64,000 nt of DNA from Ignavibacteria bacterium (GTDB lineage Bacteria; Bacteroidota; Ignavibacteria; Kapaibacteriales; Kapaibacteriaceae): positions 43,624 through 107,623 of the forward strand of contig CANHFG010000001.1 of assembly GCA_947459875.1 (NCBI GenBank). The letters are read 5' to 3'. The notes under the pieces are model-generated. The model was not told the origin of the DNA and searched no databases. It worked only from the letters and a program-made list of their open reading frames with translations. The translations under genes were made by a program, and so were the position numbers. Shown here piece by piece: positions 52,793 through 62,388 of the stretch. Numbering within the stretch: the stretch's first letter is position 1; every line of letters begins with the position of its first letter.

Positions 52793-55024
52793 GTGACCGC
52801 CGCGTCCACATCGCCGCTCATCCTGCCGCTGCAGTACGTCAAGGGCGTTGGGCCACGTCGTGCCGAGGCGCTTGCCAAGGAAGGAATCGTCAGCTACGCA
52901 GACGTCATCTACAACGTCCCCAGAGCCTATGTTGACCGGACGGCTGCCGAGAGCATCGTGCAGCTTCGCGAGCGCTACCGTGCACCTGATCTCTGGTCCG
53001 GCGATGCTTCACACGCCATCAAGGTCACGGCGCAGGTAACGCTCGTAGGCACGGTCATGCGACTCGAGCAGCGCACCGTTGGCAAGGGGCGCAGCATGCT
53101 CGTGGCTGTCATCGGTGACGATTCCTCGGCCACCATGCAGCTGATCTTCTGGAGTGGACTAGCCTACTACGGAAAGGTCCTCACAGCAGGATCCACATAC
53201 GTCGTTCACGGCGTGCCACAATACGACGCGAAGTGGGGCACACTGAGCATGCACCATCCGGAGATCGAGGAAGTGCATCCGGAAGAGATCGAACAGTACC
53301 GAGCCGGAAGTATCCTTCCACGGTACCGCATGACGCAGGGGTTGAAGTCCGCCGGACTGACCATGCGGCATCTTCGTGCCATTGCCGAGCATGCATTGGA
53401 AAGGGGCTTGGGGCTGATCGATGATCCGATTCCGGGTGATCTGCGCCAGGCGCGTCGGCTCATGCCGCAGCACGATGCTTTGCGGCAGTTGCATATGCCG
53501 GCTTCGCTCGATCAGATCGAGCTGGCAAAGAACAGCATGAAGTACGAAGAGCTCCTCGTCTTCGAAACCCATCTTGCCGCGCGACGTGCCTCACGGAAGC
53601 GACCCGAGAGAGGTCTGCCGATGCAGGCCCAGAGTCCACGCGCTCGCGCCATCATCGATGCACTCCCGTATGAACTCACCGCTGCCCAAAAGCGGGTCAT
53701 CCGCGAGATCGTGGGCGATATGACGTCCGGTACGCCGATGAATCGGCTACTTCAGGGTGACGTCGGCTCGGGCAAGACCATTGTTGCCCTGCTATGCATG
53801 CTCAGCGCCATCGACAATGGTTACCAGACTGTTCTGCTTGCGCCAACAGAGATCCTTGTCGAGCAGCACTATCACAGCCTGACGAAGCTTCTTAGCAACG
53901 TCGAAGGCATCAATGTCGCACAGCTCGTCGGCGCACAGCGCAGTGTCGCGCGACGTCATGCCCACGAGATGATCAGCAGCGGGCAGGCGCAGATCGTGGT
54001 TGGAACGCATGCGTTGTTTGAGGCCGATGTGAAGTATCACAAGCTTGGTCTGATCGTCATCGATGAGCAGCATCGTTTCGGAGTTGCTCAGCGCAAAGAG
54101 CTCCGACGCATGGGGCAGATGTCACATGGTGATCAGCCCCGTACTCCGCATATACTTGTCATGTCGGCCACTCCTATCCCTCGAACGCTGGCCATGACGC
54201 TATACGGCGACCTCGATGTTTCGGTGATCGATCAGCTGCCGGCTAATCGCAAGCCCATCATCACGCGCCTGGTCTTCGAATCATCGCTGGCCGAGACCTT
54301 TCGATTCATCCGCGCGGAGGTCGCTCGCGGACGTCAGGCCTATATCGTCTATCCGCTGGTCGAGAAAAGCGAAAAGGTGCAGGCAAAGAGCGCGGTAGAG
54401 CATTTTGAATGGCTGCATAACGAGGTGTTTCCTGACCTGCGCGTTGGGCTTCTGCATGGACAGATGACCTGGGATGAGAAGGAAGAGATCATGCGTGCGT
54501 TTCTGCGTCGAGAATACGACGTGCTCGTATCTACCACGGTGATCGAGGTGGGCATAGACGTTCCTAATGCCACTGTCATGCTGATCGAGAACGCCGAACG
54601 CTTCGGGCTTTCCCAGCTGCATCAGCTCAGGGGGCGGGTAGGGCGCGGAGCCGACCAGTCGTACTGTTTCCTTGCAACAAAGGATCATTTTCGCTATCAG
54701 GTCACCCGAACGTCGGCTGCAGAGGATATGATGGCGGCCGTGGTGCGTCTGCGCACGATGGAGCAGACCACCGACGGTTTCAAGGTCGCCGAGGTTGACC
54801 TTCGTCTTCGCGGTCCGGGTGACGTGATGGGTACGCGCCAGTCGGGCATCCCGGAGTTTCGCTTTGCCGATCTGGTTGGGGATGCCGAGATCATTGCCCA
54901 GGCGCGTAGCGACGCTCACGCCATCCTGGCTGCCGATCCGCACCTGCGCGCTGCGCAGCACCAGGCATTGCGCACGGAGGTGCTGAAGATGTTCGACGAG
55001 GGCGGCTTGATCACCGTGGCGTAG
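52793..55024 (+). CDS. recG: ATP-dependent DNA helicase RecG
   Basis: Wedge/helicase motifs (LQGDVGSGKT, DEQHRFGV, TATPIPRT, RGRVGRG). The GTG at 52793 is the first in-frame start after the ilvE stop. Confidence 0.9.
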   Translation: MTAASTSPLILPLQYVKGVGPRRAEALAKEGIVSYADVIYNVPRAYVDRTAAESIVQLRERYRAPDLWSGDASHAIKVTAQVTLVGTVMRLEQRTVGKGRSMLVAVIGDDSSATMQLIFWSGLAYYGKVLTAGSTYVVHGVPQYDAKWGTLSMHHPEIEEVHPEEIEQYRAGSILPRYRMTQGLKSAGLTMRHLRAIAEHALERGLGLIDDPIPGDLRQARRLMPQHDALRQLHMPASLDQIELAKNSMKYEELLVFETHLAARRASRKRPERGLPMQAQSPRARAIIDALPYELTAAQKRVIREIVGDMTSGTPMNRLLQGDVGSGKTIVALLCMLSAIDNGYQTVLLAPTEILVEQHYHSLTKLLSNVEGINVAQLVGAQRSVARRHAHEMISSGQAQIVVGTHALFEADVKYHKLGLIVIDEQHRFGVAQRKELRRMGQMSHGDQPRTPHILVMSATPIPRTLAMTLYGDLDVSVIDQLPANRKPIITRLVFESSLAETFRFIRAEVARGRQAYIVYPLVEKSEKVQAKSAVEHFEWLHNEVFPDLRVGLLHGQMTWDEKEEIMRAFLRREYDVLVSTTVIEVGIDVPNATVMLIENAERFGLSQLHQLRGRVGRGADQSYCFLATKDHFRYQVTRTSAAEDMMAAVVRLRTMEQTTDGFKVAEVDLRLRGPGDVMGTRQSGIPEFRFADLVGDAEIIAQARSDAHAILAADPHLRAAQHQALRTEVLKMFDEGGLITVA

Positions 55025-55028
55025 TTTT

Positions 55029-55712
55029 GTGCGTATGTCATCGAGCCCCTTCAATAGCGATCGCCTCAACGTCAACGAGATATTCATTTCAGTGCAGGGC
55101 GAGGGCACCCGAGCCGGCATGCCATGTCTGTTTATTCGCCTGCAGGGATGCCGCCTACGATGCGTCTGGTGTGACACGCCATATGCACTGGATCATCGCC
55201 AGCAGGAGCGTCTGATGACGCCGGAGGACATCTACGCTGAGGTCGAAAAAGCCGGCATCCGATTTGTTGAGTTCACCGGTGGCGAGCCCCTTGAGCAGTC
55301 TGCCGTGTTGCCGGTGATGCAGCAGTTATGCGACCGGGGATATACGGTGGCGGTAGAGACCGGCGGACACGTGGATGTTTCGTCGGTCGATCCGAGGGTG
55401 ATCTGCATTGTCGACGTGAAATGTCCCGACTCAAAGATGTCCTCGCTGAATCGACTCGAGAATCTCGAAGCACTTCGGCCCCATGATGAAGTAAAGTTCG
55501 TTATCGCTTCGCGAGCCGACTACGAATATGCCCGCGAGGTGGTAAAGCGGTATGATCTTGAGCGTCGCGTGGCGGCCGTTCTGATGTCCTGCGTCTTCGA
55601 TGCAATTCCATTCGTTACACTCGTCGAGTGGATCCTCGAGGACAAGCTCGATGTGCGCTTTCAGCTGCAGATGCACAAGTTCATCTGGTCACCGGAAACG
55701 CGTGGGGTCTGA
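55029..55712 (+). CDS. queE: 7-carboxy-7-deazaguanine synthase (radical SAM)
   Basis: ISVQGEGTRAGMPCLFIRLQGCRLRCVWCDTPY cluster motif, 227 aa. Confidence 0.85.
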   Translation: MRMSSSPFNSDRLNVNEIFISVQGEGTRAGMPCLFIRLQGCRLRCVWCDTPYALDHRQQERLMTPEDIYAEVEKAGIRFVEFTGGEPLEQSAVLPVMQQLCDRGYTVAVETGGHVDVSSVDPRVICIVDVKCPDSKMSSLNRLENLEALRPHDEVKFVIASRADYEYAREVVKRYDLERRVAAVLMSCVFDAIPFVTLVEWILEDKLDVRFQLQMHKFIWSPETRGV

Positions 55713-55716
55713 CGTG

Positions 55717-56583
55717 ACATCTACATCGGCACCGGCACGCCGCGTAGCTTCGGCCATTGCTCTCGCGCTCGGACTGAGCATGTTCGGCCGCACGGATGCG
55801 TGCATGGCGCAGACGGACACGGTTCAGCGGGCCCCCTGGCCGCATCCGACATGCAACTCCGTCGCTGACGACTATGCGCCAAGCTCCGATCTGGATCGAC
55901 AGTCGATGCTCTTCACATCAGAGCGTAGTGGTGTTGCGCAGGTGTATCGGTGCCACGGCGATGGCCGTGTTGACCTTGTGGCCGGAACGCTCAACCTGTC
56001 CGGCAGAGCACGCGGCTTTGTCAGTCTGACTCCCGATGGTTCGGGACTGGCAACATCCTACCGCATGGGCTTGCGTCAGTCGTTTGCCTCCATCATCAGC
56101 GTTCTGCGCACCCCTTCAGGTCTTGATGAAGGGCCGGCACTCGAGAGCGCCGGCGGCGAGTTCTTTGCCGCCCAGGCCAGCATCGCTCCGGATCAGTCCC
56201 GCCTGTTGTTCGTCTCCGACAGGGAAGGGGGCTTAGGTGGTACGGACATCTGGATGATGGAGCGCCGTCAGGACGGCTCATGGTCCGGGCCGCATCACGG
56301 CGGTGATGCGATCAACTCACCGGCCAACGAGCTCACACCCGTTCTCATTTCCGCCGACACGCTACTGTTCTCGTCCGATGGCATGGGTGGCAGCGGAGGC
56401 CAGGATGTGTACATGTCCGTTGCACGTGGAGGACGCTGGAGCGACCCTGTGCCTGTGACCGCCATCAATTCGATATGGAACGAAACGGACGCTGTTCGCA
56501 TGCACGACGGTACGTACCGCTTTAGCAGCGATCGCCCGGGAGGACGCGGCGGATTCGATATCTGGATCTGGAAGCCCGAGTAA
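55717..56583 (+). CDS. TolB-like periplasmic protein with WD40-like (PD40) beta-propeller repeats
   Basis: GTG start gives the signal peptide VTSTSAPARRVASAIALALGLSMF. Repeated ...LFSSDR.GG.GG.DIW... units. The ORF-track start at 55600 overlaps queE. Confidence 0.65.
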   Translation, partial: TSTSAPARRVASAIALALGLSMFGRTDACMAQTDTVQRAPWPHPTCNSVADDYAPSSDLDRQSMLFTSERSGVAQVYRCHGDGRVDLVAGTLNLSGRARGFVSLTPDGSGLATSYRMGLRQSFASIISVLRTPSGLDEGPALESAGGEFFAAQASIAPDQSRLLFVSDREGGLGGTDIWMMERRQDGSWSGPHHGGDAINSPANELTPVLISADTLLFSSDGMGGSGGQDVYMSVARGGRWSDPVPVTAINSIWNETDAVRMHDGTYRFSSDRPGGRGGFDIWIWKPE

Positions 56584-56588
56584 GGGGC

Positions 56589-57407
56589 TTATCGTGCCGA
56601 CCAGCGCTTGGCGGTCTGGATCATGCCCGGAACGGCCTGCATAGGCATTCCAAGGAAGCCACCGAGGATGCCGAGGTCAATGACGGCGGCCTTCTGTTCC
56701 ATCTTCACAACGCCGACCTTTTCAGCGAACCAGTACGTGCGCTCAAGCCTGATCGGAAGAGGGATCGACGTAGGGCCAGCCGCCAGATAGAGCGTTGCGT
56801 TCATGTCGATCTGAACCTTCTTGGTCTTCAGCGTCTGGTTGTTGAGCGTAACGGTTTCTTCGCCGAGGGACTTGCCAGTAAAGTTCAACGTGCCGGAGGC
56901 CTTGTACTGTGCCATGCCCGGGAGATCAAATGGAAGCACGGTGTCCTTCAGGGCCGTCCACGTGGAGTTTCCGAGATCGCAGATGACCATGTCCTTGCGG
57001 CCCAGGTCAAGCGGGATCTGCTGGATGGAGTAACGCAGACGGAAGCTCTGCGTGATCTTGCCACCGAGTTGCGTGACCGTTACGGTGTCGGTTGGCTGGC
57101 CGTTGACGTACACGTAGGATTCGGTCCTGTACAGAGGCAGCTTTTTTGATGGATTCGTCTCATCGATACCCTCACCCGTCTGCGAGCTGAACACAACCGT
57201 GCTGTCGTCCGGCGCCGGCTGCTCGGTGGTCTGCTTGGTCGTCGCGTCAATAGCAACGTTCACGTTGGAGTTGATAACGTAAGCACCGTTGGTCGTGTGA
57301 ACGTAGGTGCCGTACGATGGAGCGTCTGGCGAGGTTGGCTCATCCGAGCACGATACAAGGGCCAGAGTGAGTGCAGCGAAACCGAGGGTGGTGAGTGAGC
57401 GCATGAT
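56589..57407 (-). CDS. Hypothetical lipoprotein
   Basis: MRSLTTLGFAALTLALVSCS lipobox from the internal ATG. No known domain. Confidence 0.55.
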   Translation of the reverse strand: MMRSLTTLGFAALTLALVSCSDEPTSPDAPSYGTYVHTTNGAYVINSNVNVAIDATTKQTTEQPAPDDSTVVFSSQTGEGIDETNPSKKLPLYRTESYVYVNGQPTDTVTVTQLGGKITQSFRLRYSIQQIPLDLGRKDMVICDLGNSTWTALKDTVLPFDLPGMAQYKASGTLNFTGKSLGEETVTLNNQTLKTKKVQIDMNATLYLAAGPTSIPLPIRLERTYWFAEKVGVVKMEQKAAVIDLGILGGFLGMPMQAVPGMIQTAKRWSAR

Positions 57408-57464
57408 ATACTCCTGCCGTATGGCGTGGTAAGTGGCGATGCCTACTAAACTGTAATGACGGAG

Positions 57465-57546
57465 CGGAGGGCGAGGGACTCGAACCCCCACAGGATCTCT
57501 CCCGGCTGTTTTCAAGACAGCTGCAATACCATTATGCGAGCCCTCC
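57465..57546 (-). tRNA. tRNA-Ser (anticodon UGA), type II, CCA not encoded
   Basis: The reverse complement GGAGGGC-TC-GCAT-AATGGTA-TTGC-A-GCTGT-CTTGAAA-ACAGC-(15-nt variable arm)-GGGGG-TTCGAGT-CCCTC-GCCCTCC-G gives a perfect 7-bp acceptor stem, a U33/A37 anticodon loop and the G73 discriminator typical of Ser. Confidence 0.7.
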
Positions 57547-57584
57547 GTCGCGAGAGCGATGCGAATCTACGAAAATGTCTCGGC

Positions 57585-58640
57585 TCACTCCACGGTCTGG
57601 TCGAAACCATCGTCCGGACGTTTATAGTTGGCCTCGTCAATTCCGAGGAACTCTATAACGGATGTGGCAAAAATCTGTTGTTTCGTTGCCGGGGATAGAT
57701 CCGTCATCATCTCGATAAAGCGTCCATGCTCGAGGTCACCCAGCGGGAACGGATAGTCCGTTCCATAGGCGATCTTCTCTGGTCCGATCAGCGCCAGGAG
57801 GTACCGCAAGGCATCGGCATTATGGGTGATCGAGTCGACCCAGAATCGGCCGATATAGCTGGCCGGATCCTGCACGCCATTGACGGCACAGAGGTCAGGA
57901 CGGGCGTGGTATCCGTGTGAGATACGCCCGATGGTGAAAGCGAAAGAGCCCCCTGCATGGGAGAACATCACTTTCAGATTCGGGAAACGGTCAAAGACAC
58001 CACCGAAGATCATGGACGTCATCGACAACGTGGTTTCGGCAGGCATGCCCACAAGCCACTGCTGGAAGTACCGTGCTGTTCGATCGGATCCCATCATCTC
58101 CCACGGATGAACGAAAATGCCTGCCCCGAGGCGTTCGGCCTCTGCCCAGAAGGGATCGAGCGACCGGTCGTCGAGATTCATGCCGTTGATGTTTGTGCCG
58201 ATCTCGATGCCGGGCATTTTCAGCTCAAGCACGCAGCGTCGCATCTCGCTAATGGCCATTTCGACGTCCTGCATCGGGACCGTGCCCAGTCCGATGAAGC
58301 GCCGCGGATGTTGTTCGATCACCGATGCCAGATGGTCGTTCAGGAACCGCGACCAGTCGAGCGCATCTTTGGCTGGGGCCCAGTAGGAGAACAGCACCGG
58401 AACCGTGCAGAGCACCATCACGTCCACGTGATGCGCATCCATATCACGGATAATGGCCAGTGGGTTCCAGCAGTTCTCGTCGATGTCGCGGAAGAACACG
58501 CCGTCATCGCGCATCATGCGCGCTTTGCCGGGCGCGTAATGATCAAGCCAGATAAAGCCACCGTAGCCGTAGCGTTCTTTGAGCGATGGCCAGCGTTCGG
58601 GCAGAATGTGAGCGTGAGAGTCGATCTTGAGCATCGACAT
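57585..58640 (-). CDS. Amidohydrolase-2 family decarboxylase (2-amino-3-carboxymuconate-6-semialdehyde decarboxylase-like)
   Basis: MSMLKIDSHAHILPERWP N-terminus and metal-dependent ACMSD family motifs (HPWEMMG..., DYPFPLGD). Started at the internal ATG, whose TAATG overlaps the upstream gene's stop. Confidence 0.8.
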   Translation of the reverse strand: MSMLKIDSHAHILPERWPSLKERYGYGGFIWLDHYAPGKARMMRDDGVFFRDIDENCWNPLAIIRDMDAHHVDVMVLCTVPVLFSYWAPAKDALDWSRFLNDHLASVIEQHPRRFIGLGTVPMQDVEMAISEMRRCVLELKMPGIEIGTNINGMNLDDRSLDPFWAEAERLGAGIFVHPWEMMGSDRTARYFQQWLVGMPAETTLSMTSMIFGGVFDRFPNLKVMFSHAGGSFAFTIGRISHGYHARPDLCAVNGVQDPASYIGRFWVDSITHNADALRYLLALIGPEKIAYGTDYPFPLGDLEHGRFIEMMTDLSPATKQQIFATSVIEFLGIDEANYKRPDDGFDQTVE

Positions 58641-59161
58641 TACACCTTGGCAGGGGGCTCGATGACCGTTGCGCACTTCTTGCAGGTGCGATGATCCGTG
58701 CTCGACCAGAAGCGTTCGAAGATCGGTGGCAGCTGGGTAACGATATCGGTAAGTGGTAGAAACTCTTCGTAGAGCTTCGTCCCGCACGATTCGCAGAACC
58801 ACATGAACGCGTCCAGTTCGGCTGTCTCACGCTTGCGTTCCACCACCAGTCCGACGGTATTGGCTGGACGTTGCGGGGAGTGTGGCGTGCGAGGCGGCAG
58901 CAGGAACATGTCGCCTTCGTTGATATGCATGTCGCGCGGCACCCCGTCGTCGATCACCTTCACCGTGATGTCTCCCTCGAGCTGGTAGAACAGCTCTTCA
59001 CCTTCATTGTAGTGGTAATCCTTGCGGGCATTTGGTCCGCCCACGATCATGACGATGAACTCCGTGTCCTCGTAGACCTTGGCATTCCCAACCGGTGGTT
59101 TGAGCAGGTGACGGTGCTCGTCGATCCACGTTTTCAATGGAAATGGGGCTCGGATGGCCAT
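58640..59161 (-). CDS. 3-hydroxyanthranilate 3,4-dioxygenase
   Basis: Cupin core (FIVMIVGGPNARKDYHYNEGEELFYQLEGD) and the C-terminal rubredoxin-like CESCGTK...CKKC site. About 173 aa from the internal ATG; the ORF track extends to 59551. Confidence 0.85.
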   Translation of the reverse strand: MAIRAPFPLKTWIDEHRHLLKPPVGNAKVYEDTEFIVMIVGGPNARKDYHYNEGEELFYQLEGDITVKVIDDGVPRDMHINEGDMFLLPPRTPHSPQRPANTVGLVVERKRETAELDAFMWFCESCGTKLYEEFLPLTDIVTQLPPIFERFWSSTDHRTCKKCATVIEPPAKV

Positions 59162-59222
59162 GTGGGGTCCTTTCGGAGTTGGTAGCTTTGCGGTAACAAA
59201 GCTACAAATCGGAGCGCATCTC

Positions 59223-60014
59223 ATGAATCTGGACATCACGGGGAAGACGGCACTGGTCTGCGGTGCGTCAAAGGGTATCGGGCGGGCAACGGCCATCGAG
59301 CTGGCCTCAAACGGAGCAACGGTCGTGGCTCTGGCCCGAAGTGCCGAACTTCTGCGCACGGTTGTTTCCGAGCTGCCGACACCCAGCGGTGCACGGCACC
59401 ACGCGCTTGCAGTCGACCTTGGCAACGAAACCGAGTATCTAACAGGTGTGAATAACGTTGTGGATATTGTTGGCGCTATCCACATCCTGGTCAACAACAC
59501 CGCTGGTCCCGCTGCGGGGCCGCTGCGAAAGAGCTCTGTTGCTGATCTCATACAAGCTTTTGAAAATCATATTCTTGTGGCTCAACGCCTGATGTCCGCT
59601 CTCGTGCCTCACATGGAACGTTCCGGATATGGCCGAATAATCAACATCGTTTCCACATCGGTGAAACAGCCCATCGAAGGACTAGGCGTCAGCAACACGA
59701 TCCGCGGTGCAATGTCCAGCTGGGCCAAGACCCTGGCAACGGAACTCGGCCCCACGGGCATTACCGTGAATAACGTCCTGCCGGGTGCGACCATGACCGA
59801 GAGGCTAGAGGCGATCATCGACCGGAACGTGGCTTCCAGTGGGCGTTCCCGCGACGAGGTCGTCGGCTCGATGGTTTCAGAGATACCGCTCGGACGCTTT
59901 GCGCAACCTGACGAGATCGCTGCCGCGGTAGCATTTCTGGCCTCACCGGCCGCGGCCTACATCAGCGGCACGAGCATCCTGGTTGACGGAGGAAGAACGA
60001 AGGCTCTGAGCTGA
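59223..60014 (+). CDS. SDR-family oxidoreductase
   Basis: TGKTALVCGASKGIGRA Rossmann motif and a conserved Y...K active-site region, 263 aa from the ATG at 59223. Confidence 0.85.
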   Translation: MNLDITGKTALVCGASKGIGRATAIELASNGATVVALARSAELLRTVVSELPTPSGARHHALAVDLGNETEYLTGVNNVVDIVGAIHILVNNTAGPAAGPLRKSSVADLIQAFENHILVAQRLMSALVPHMERSGYGRIINIVSTSVKQPIEGLGVSNTIRGAMSSWAKTLATELGPTGITVNNVLPGATMTERLEAIIDRNVASSGRSRDEVVGSMVSEIPLGRFAQPDEIAAAVAFLASPAAAYISGTSILVDGGRTKALS

Positions 60015-60035
60015 GTCGGCGAGAGCGTTTCCACG

Positions 60036-60250
60036 CTATCCACAATTCGTGGATAACCTGTGTGCAAATCATCGCGACCAGCCCCCTTTCCCGCTTGCAT
60101 TGGCCATAATTGTCCACTACATTTGTTCTTTCACTAACTCGTTGCGAATATGAATGGATATGTCCATTTTGTCCTTCAGGTGACCGCAGCGATCAGGTGG
60201 TAAAACGGGGATTATCAACAGATGTGAATAACTGACTGAAGTTATTCACG
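60036..60250. promoter_or_regulatory. Cluster of DnaA-box-like 9-mers (TTATNCACA, at most one mismatch) around an AT-rich core, immediately upstream of ftsQ
   Basis: cTATCCACA at 60036-44. TTATCCACg on the minus strand at 60049-57, which with the first forms the palindrome TATCCAC-aattc-GTGGATA. TTGTCCACt at 60109-17. TTATCAACA at 60213-21. TTATTCACA (9/9) on the minus strand at 60224-32. TTATTCACg at 60242-50, forming the palindrome GTGAATAAC-n8-GTTATTCAC. The region is about 45% GC, against about 60% in the flanks. Confidence 0.5.
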
Positions 60251-60253
60251 GAT

Positions 60254-61063
60254 ATGAGGATAGTGGTGGCCAAGCGAGCACGGCAACTGGACGTCACAGG
60301 GAAGCCCGAACGGAGAACTTCCGGGCTGATGATCTGTCTACTTGGTCTACTGTTTCTGTCGTTTATGGCCACGCAGTGGAAAGACCGTCAGCGGATCGCG
60401 GACGTCGACGTCGTGGGTGCCACGGGGCTGAGTCGTCTTTCGGTGCAGCGTGCGGTGGACTCTCTGCGCTACCGCCGGGCAAAGTCCATCACGCTGGCCT
60501 CGATCCGCCAGAGCGTCGAGCAGATTCCCTACGTGCGCAAGGCCTCGGTGTACTTTTCGGGTGTGAACGGACTCTGTGTGGATGTTGTCGAGCGACTCCC
60601 GGTGGCGCATGTGCTTCACGCCGGCGGTGTCTTACGGTACGTCGACGACCAGGGTACGGTGCTTCCTGTTGTTCAGGAGCGTACGGCGCACAATGTCCCT
60701 ATGCTGCACGGAACGAACGGATATGTGCTGTCGGAGTCGGAGGTACGTTCACTGACGTCGCTGCTGAATCGTGCGGCGCGGGCGTTGGATCCTCGACTGT
60801 ACCAATCGATCTCCGAGCTAACGTACGACCGGCGTTCGCGCACGGTTGATGTGATCACTGATGATGCCACATGGCATCTCGGCAGCATCGGGTCGGACCG
60901 GGCCACGGAGGCGCTGGCCGACATGAACGTCTTCTGGAAAGATGCATCCGCCTCGCTTCGTCTTGCACACGTTCGTGAGGTTGACCTGCGCTGGCGCAAT
61001 CAAATTGTGCTGCGCTACAGCGCTGAGCGGCCACAGACATCAAGCGGGGGGGCAAGGGTATGA
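60254..61063 (+). CDS. ftsQ: Cell division protein FtsQ (single TM helix plus POTRA)
   Basis: TM helix LMICLLGLLFLSFMATQW and POTRA-like region, with an ATGA overlap with ftsA. Confidence 0.8.
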   Translation: MRIVVAKRARQLDVTGKPERRTSGLMICLLGLLFLSFMATQWKDRQRIADVDVVGATGLSRLSVQRAVDSLRYRRAKSITLASIRQSVEQIPYVRKASVYFSGVNGLCVDVVERLPVAHVLHAGGVLRYVDDQGTVLPVVQERTAHNVPMLHGTNGYVLSESEVRSLTSLLNRAARALDPRLYQSISELTYDRRSRTVDVITDDATWHLGSIGSDRATEALADMNVFWKDASASLRLAHVREVDLRWRNQIVLRYSAERPQTSSGGARV

Positions 61064-62349
61064 GCAAGCAGACGATCCATGCCGGTCTTGATATTGGATC
61101 TACCAAGGTCAGCGCGATCGTGATGTCGCGGGATGCCGACTCGGGTGCCATCGAGGTTATCGGTACGGGCGTTGCCGAATGCGACGGTCTCAAACGCGGC
61201 GTTGTGAGCAATATCAACAAGACCGCAGAGGCTATTCGCGCAGCGGTCGACCGCGCCGAGCAGACCAGTGGGTATCAGCTTGGGCCGGTTGTGGTGGGGA
61301 TAAGCGGCGAGCACATTAGCACGTTCACGACTCGCGGTATTGTAACAACGAGGACGTCGGAGATCTCCGAAAGCGACGTCAAGCGTCTGCATGACGAGCT
61401 GTCGCAGGTGCACGTCACGCCGGACCGTCGCATTCTGCATGTTATTCCGCAGGATTATCTGATCGACGGACAGGATGGTATCTCAGATCCACTCGGAATG
61501 AGCGGACGGCGCCTCGAGGCAAACGCCCTGGTGATCACGGCCAGCTCCTCAGCGGTCGACAACCTGTATAAATGCGTTGAGCGGGCCGGACTGCACGTCG
61601 ATGCCGTGGTGCTTCAATCGATCGCCAGTTCCTACGCCGTTCTCGACGAGGCGGAGCGGGAAGTCGGCGTGGCCCTGGTCGACATCGGCGGTGGCACCAC
61701 CGATATGGCCATTTACAAGGACAACGTTCTACGCTATGTGAGCGTTATCGGCATTGCCGGTCAGCGCGTAACTGATGACATCGTTGCCGTTCTCGGCATC
61801 CGCAATACCGATGCCGAGAGTATCAAGCTCAGCTACGGTCATGCGATCAGCGAGAGCATTCTGCGCGACGAGCATTTCCAGGTTCCGGGAATCGGTGGCC
61901 GCACGCCGACCGAGGTATCGAAGTCGATCCTATGTCAGGTGATCGAACCCCGGATGGAGGAGATCTACGACTTTGTTCTCTCGCGCATTCACGAGTCCGG
62001 CATGTCGCACCAGCTGGCCGCCGGTGTTGTCCTCACGGGCGGGTGCACCGAGCTCTATGGCTCGGAGCAGCTGGCGCAGCGGACCTTCCGACTGCCGGTC
62101 AACAAGGGGCTTCCGCGCGGCTTCGGCAATGACGGTTTTGCCCGTGAAGTGACCACGCCATCCCGGGCAACAGCCATTGGTCTGGCACTCTATGGAATCA
62201 AACATCACCACGAATTCATCTCTGATTCACATGACGTTCAACCGACAATTCAGGCAGCAAAAGATGCGCCCCCTGCAGAACCTGCGGAGGTTCATGTTCA
62301 TAAAAAGGGAGTCGTTCAGCGACTCAAAGACTGGTTTGAAAACTTCTGA
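61060..62349 (+). CDS. ftsA: Cell division protein FtsA
   Basis: Actin-fold motifs (GLDIGSTKVSAIV, DIGGGTTD), 429 aa. Confidence 0.92.
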   Translation: MSKQTIHAGLDIGSTKVSAIVMSRDADSGAIEVIGTGVAECDGLKRGVVSNINKTAEAIRAAVDRAEQTSGYQLGPVVVGISGEHISTFTTRGIVTTRTSEISESDVKRLHDELSQVHVTPDRRILHVIPQDYLIDGQDGISDPLGMSGRRLEANALVITASSSAVDNLYKCVERAGLHVDAVVLQSIASSYAVLDEAEREVGVALVDIGGGTTDMAIYKDNVLRYVSVIGIAGQRVTDDIVAVLGIRNTDAESIKLSYGHAISESILRDEHFQVPGIGGRTPTEVSKSILCQVIEPRMEEIYDFVLSRIHESGMSHQLAAGVVLTGGCTELYGSEQLAQRTFRLPVNKGLPRGFGNDGFAREVTTPSRATAIGLALYGIKHHHEFISDSHDVQPTIQAAKDAPPAEPAEVHVHKKGVVQRLKDWFENF

Positions 62350-62388
62350 CTGGTTAAGTTCACGAAACATGACTGATTTCCGGGGGGA

